From NCBI GenBank assembly GCA_030390025.1, contig CM059443.1, positions 33,604,001 to 33,668,000 on the forward strand: a DNA stretch of 64,000 nt, written 5' to 3'. The stretch is from Squalus acanthias (taxonomy: Eukaryota). Shown one piece after another: positions 63,216 through 64,000 of this stretch (position 1 is its first letter; each line of letters opens with the position of its first letter). Made by a program: the position numbers and the translations under genes. A model generated the notes under the pieces. That model made no database searches, was not told the DNA's origin, and worked only from the letters and a program-made list of their open reading frames with translations.

Positions 63216-63396
63216 ATCAGGAGCAGGAAACTTGTCTTTCAGGGACACTATATAACGTCCGCCTGTCACCTGGCTAAAACCTGCTAATCAAGCAAAACCT
63301 GAGGATTAAAGCTGGGACTTCCTGGTTTACCTGGGCTGTGGGCTGCAGCACCATACCAGGCAACCTCAACTCACGTTAGTGTCCCTGGGTTACAGG

Positions 63397-63528
63397 CAAT
63401 GTTCCCTCTAAGCTGCGTGGCCGTGCGCCAGTCCCGGCTATTCCAATGTGAAATTTTTGCGTTGAACAGGCCGCGCAGCCCGTTAAAGGGACCGCACACC
63501 CATATTTAAAATTAGGGGGGGAACACTG
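63397..63528. mobile_element. 132-bp hAT MITE
   Basis: TIRs CAATGTTCCCTCTAA / TTAGGGGGGGAACACTG; 8-bp TSD gttacagg / gttgcagg. Confidence 0.8.
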
Positions 63529-63647
63529 GTTGCAGGCACCCATGTAATTATACAACTGCACAATTTAGTCTTTTTCAATTATCATCGACTTTTTTTTAAC
63601 CTGATTCCAACTCCTCTGAAGCGCCTTGAAACGTTTTACTTTTTTAA

Positions 63648-63976
63648 AAATTCGTTTATGGGATTTTGGCGTCGCTGGCAAGGCCAGCATTTATTGGCCA
63701 TCCCTAATTGCCCTCGAGAAGGTGGTGGTGAGCCGCCTTCTTGAACCGCTGCAGTCCGTGTGGTGAAGGCGCTCCCACAGTGCTGTTAGGGAGGGAGTTC
63801 CAGGATTTTGACCCAGCGACGATGAAGGATCGGTGATATACTTCTAAGTCAGGATGGTGACTTGGAGGGGAACTTGCAGGTGGTGGTGTTCCCATGCGCC
63901 TGCTGCCCTTGTCCTTCTAGGTGGAAGAGGTCGCGGGTTTGGGAGGTGCCGCCGAAGGAGCCTTGGCGAGTTGCTG
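63648..63976 (-). mobile_element. CR1-group family 2 3' end
   Basis: Collinear with 16140-16465. Confidence 0.85.
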
Positions 63977-64000
63977 ATAATGTATGAATGCAACTTGTTG

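Overview
Vertebrate genomic DNA, almost certainly from a cartilaginous fish (shark), judged from its HE1/V-SINE, SacSINE1-like DeuSINE and CR1/L2 repeat content. It is not prokaryotic, and I recognise no host protein-coding exon. The window looks like the 5' end and long first intron(s) of a + strand gene: a CpG-rich promoter with ZNF143 and NRF1 motifs and a splice donor lies at ~2270-2456. Downstream sequence is densely filled with nested retroelements (CR1, L2, RTE, Tx1-like, three SINE types), non-autonomous DNA transposons (hAT and Harbinger-like) and a 2.5-kb 32-bp minisatellite. The main feature is a young, nearly intact Neptune-type Penelope-like element at 3929-7216. It encodes RT + GIY-YIG with a single frameshift, has 758-bp inverted arms, and carries a minimal hammerhead ribozyme in each arm. 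Three miniature ribozyme-bearing derivatives of this family all sit, with target-site duplications, in the 3' tails of CR1 LINEs. A second Penelope family with a different hammerhead is scattered through the window. Most ORFs in the supplied track are repeat-derived or spurious. Repeat boundaries are read by eye and are approximate unless TIRs or TSDs are quoted.
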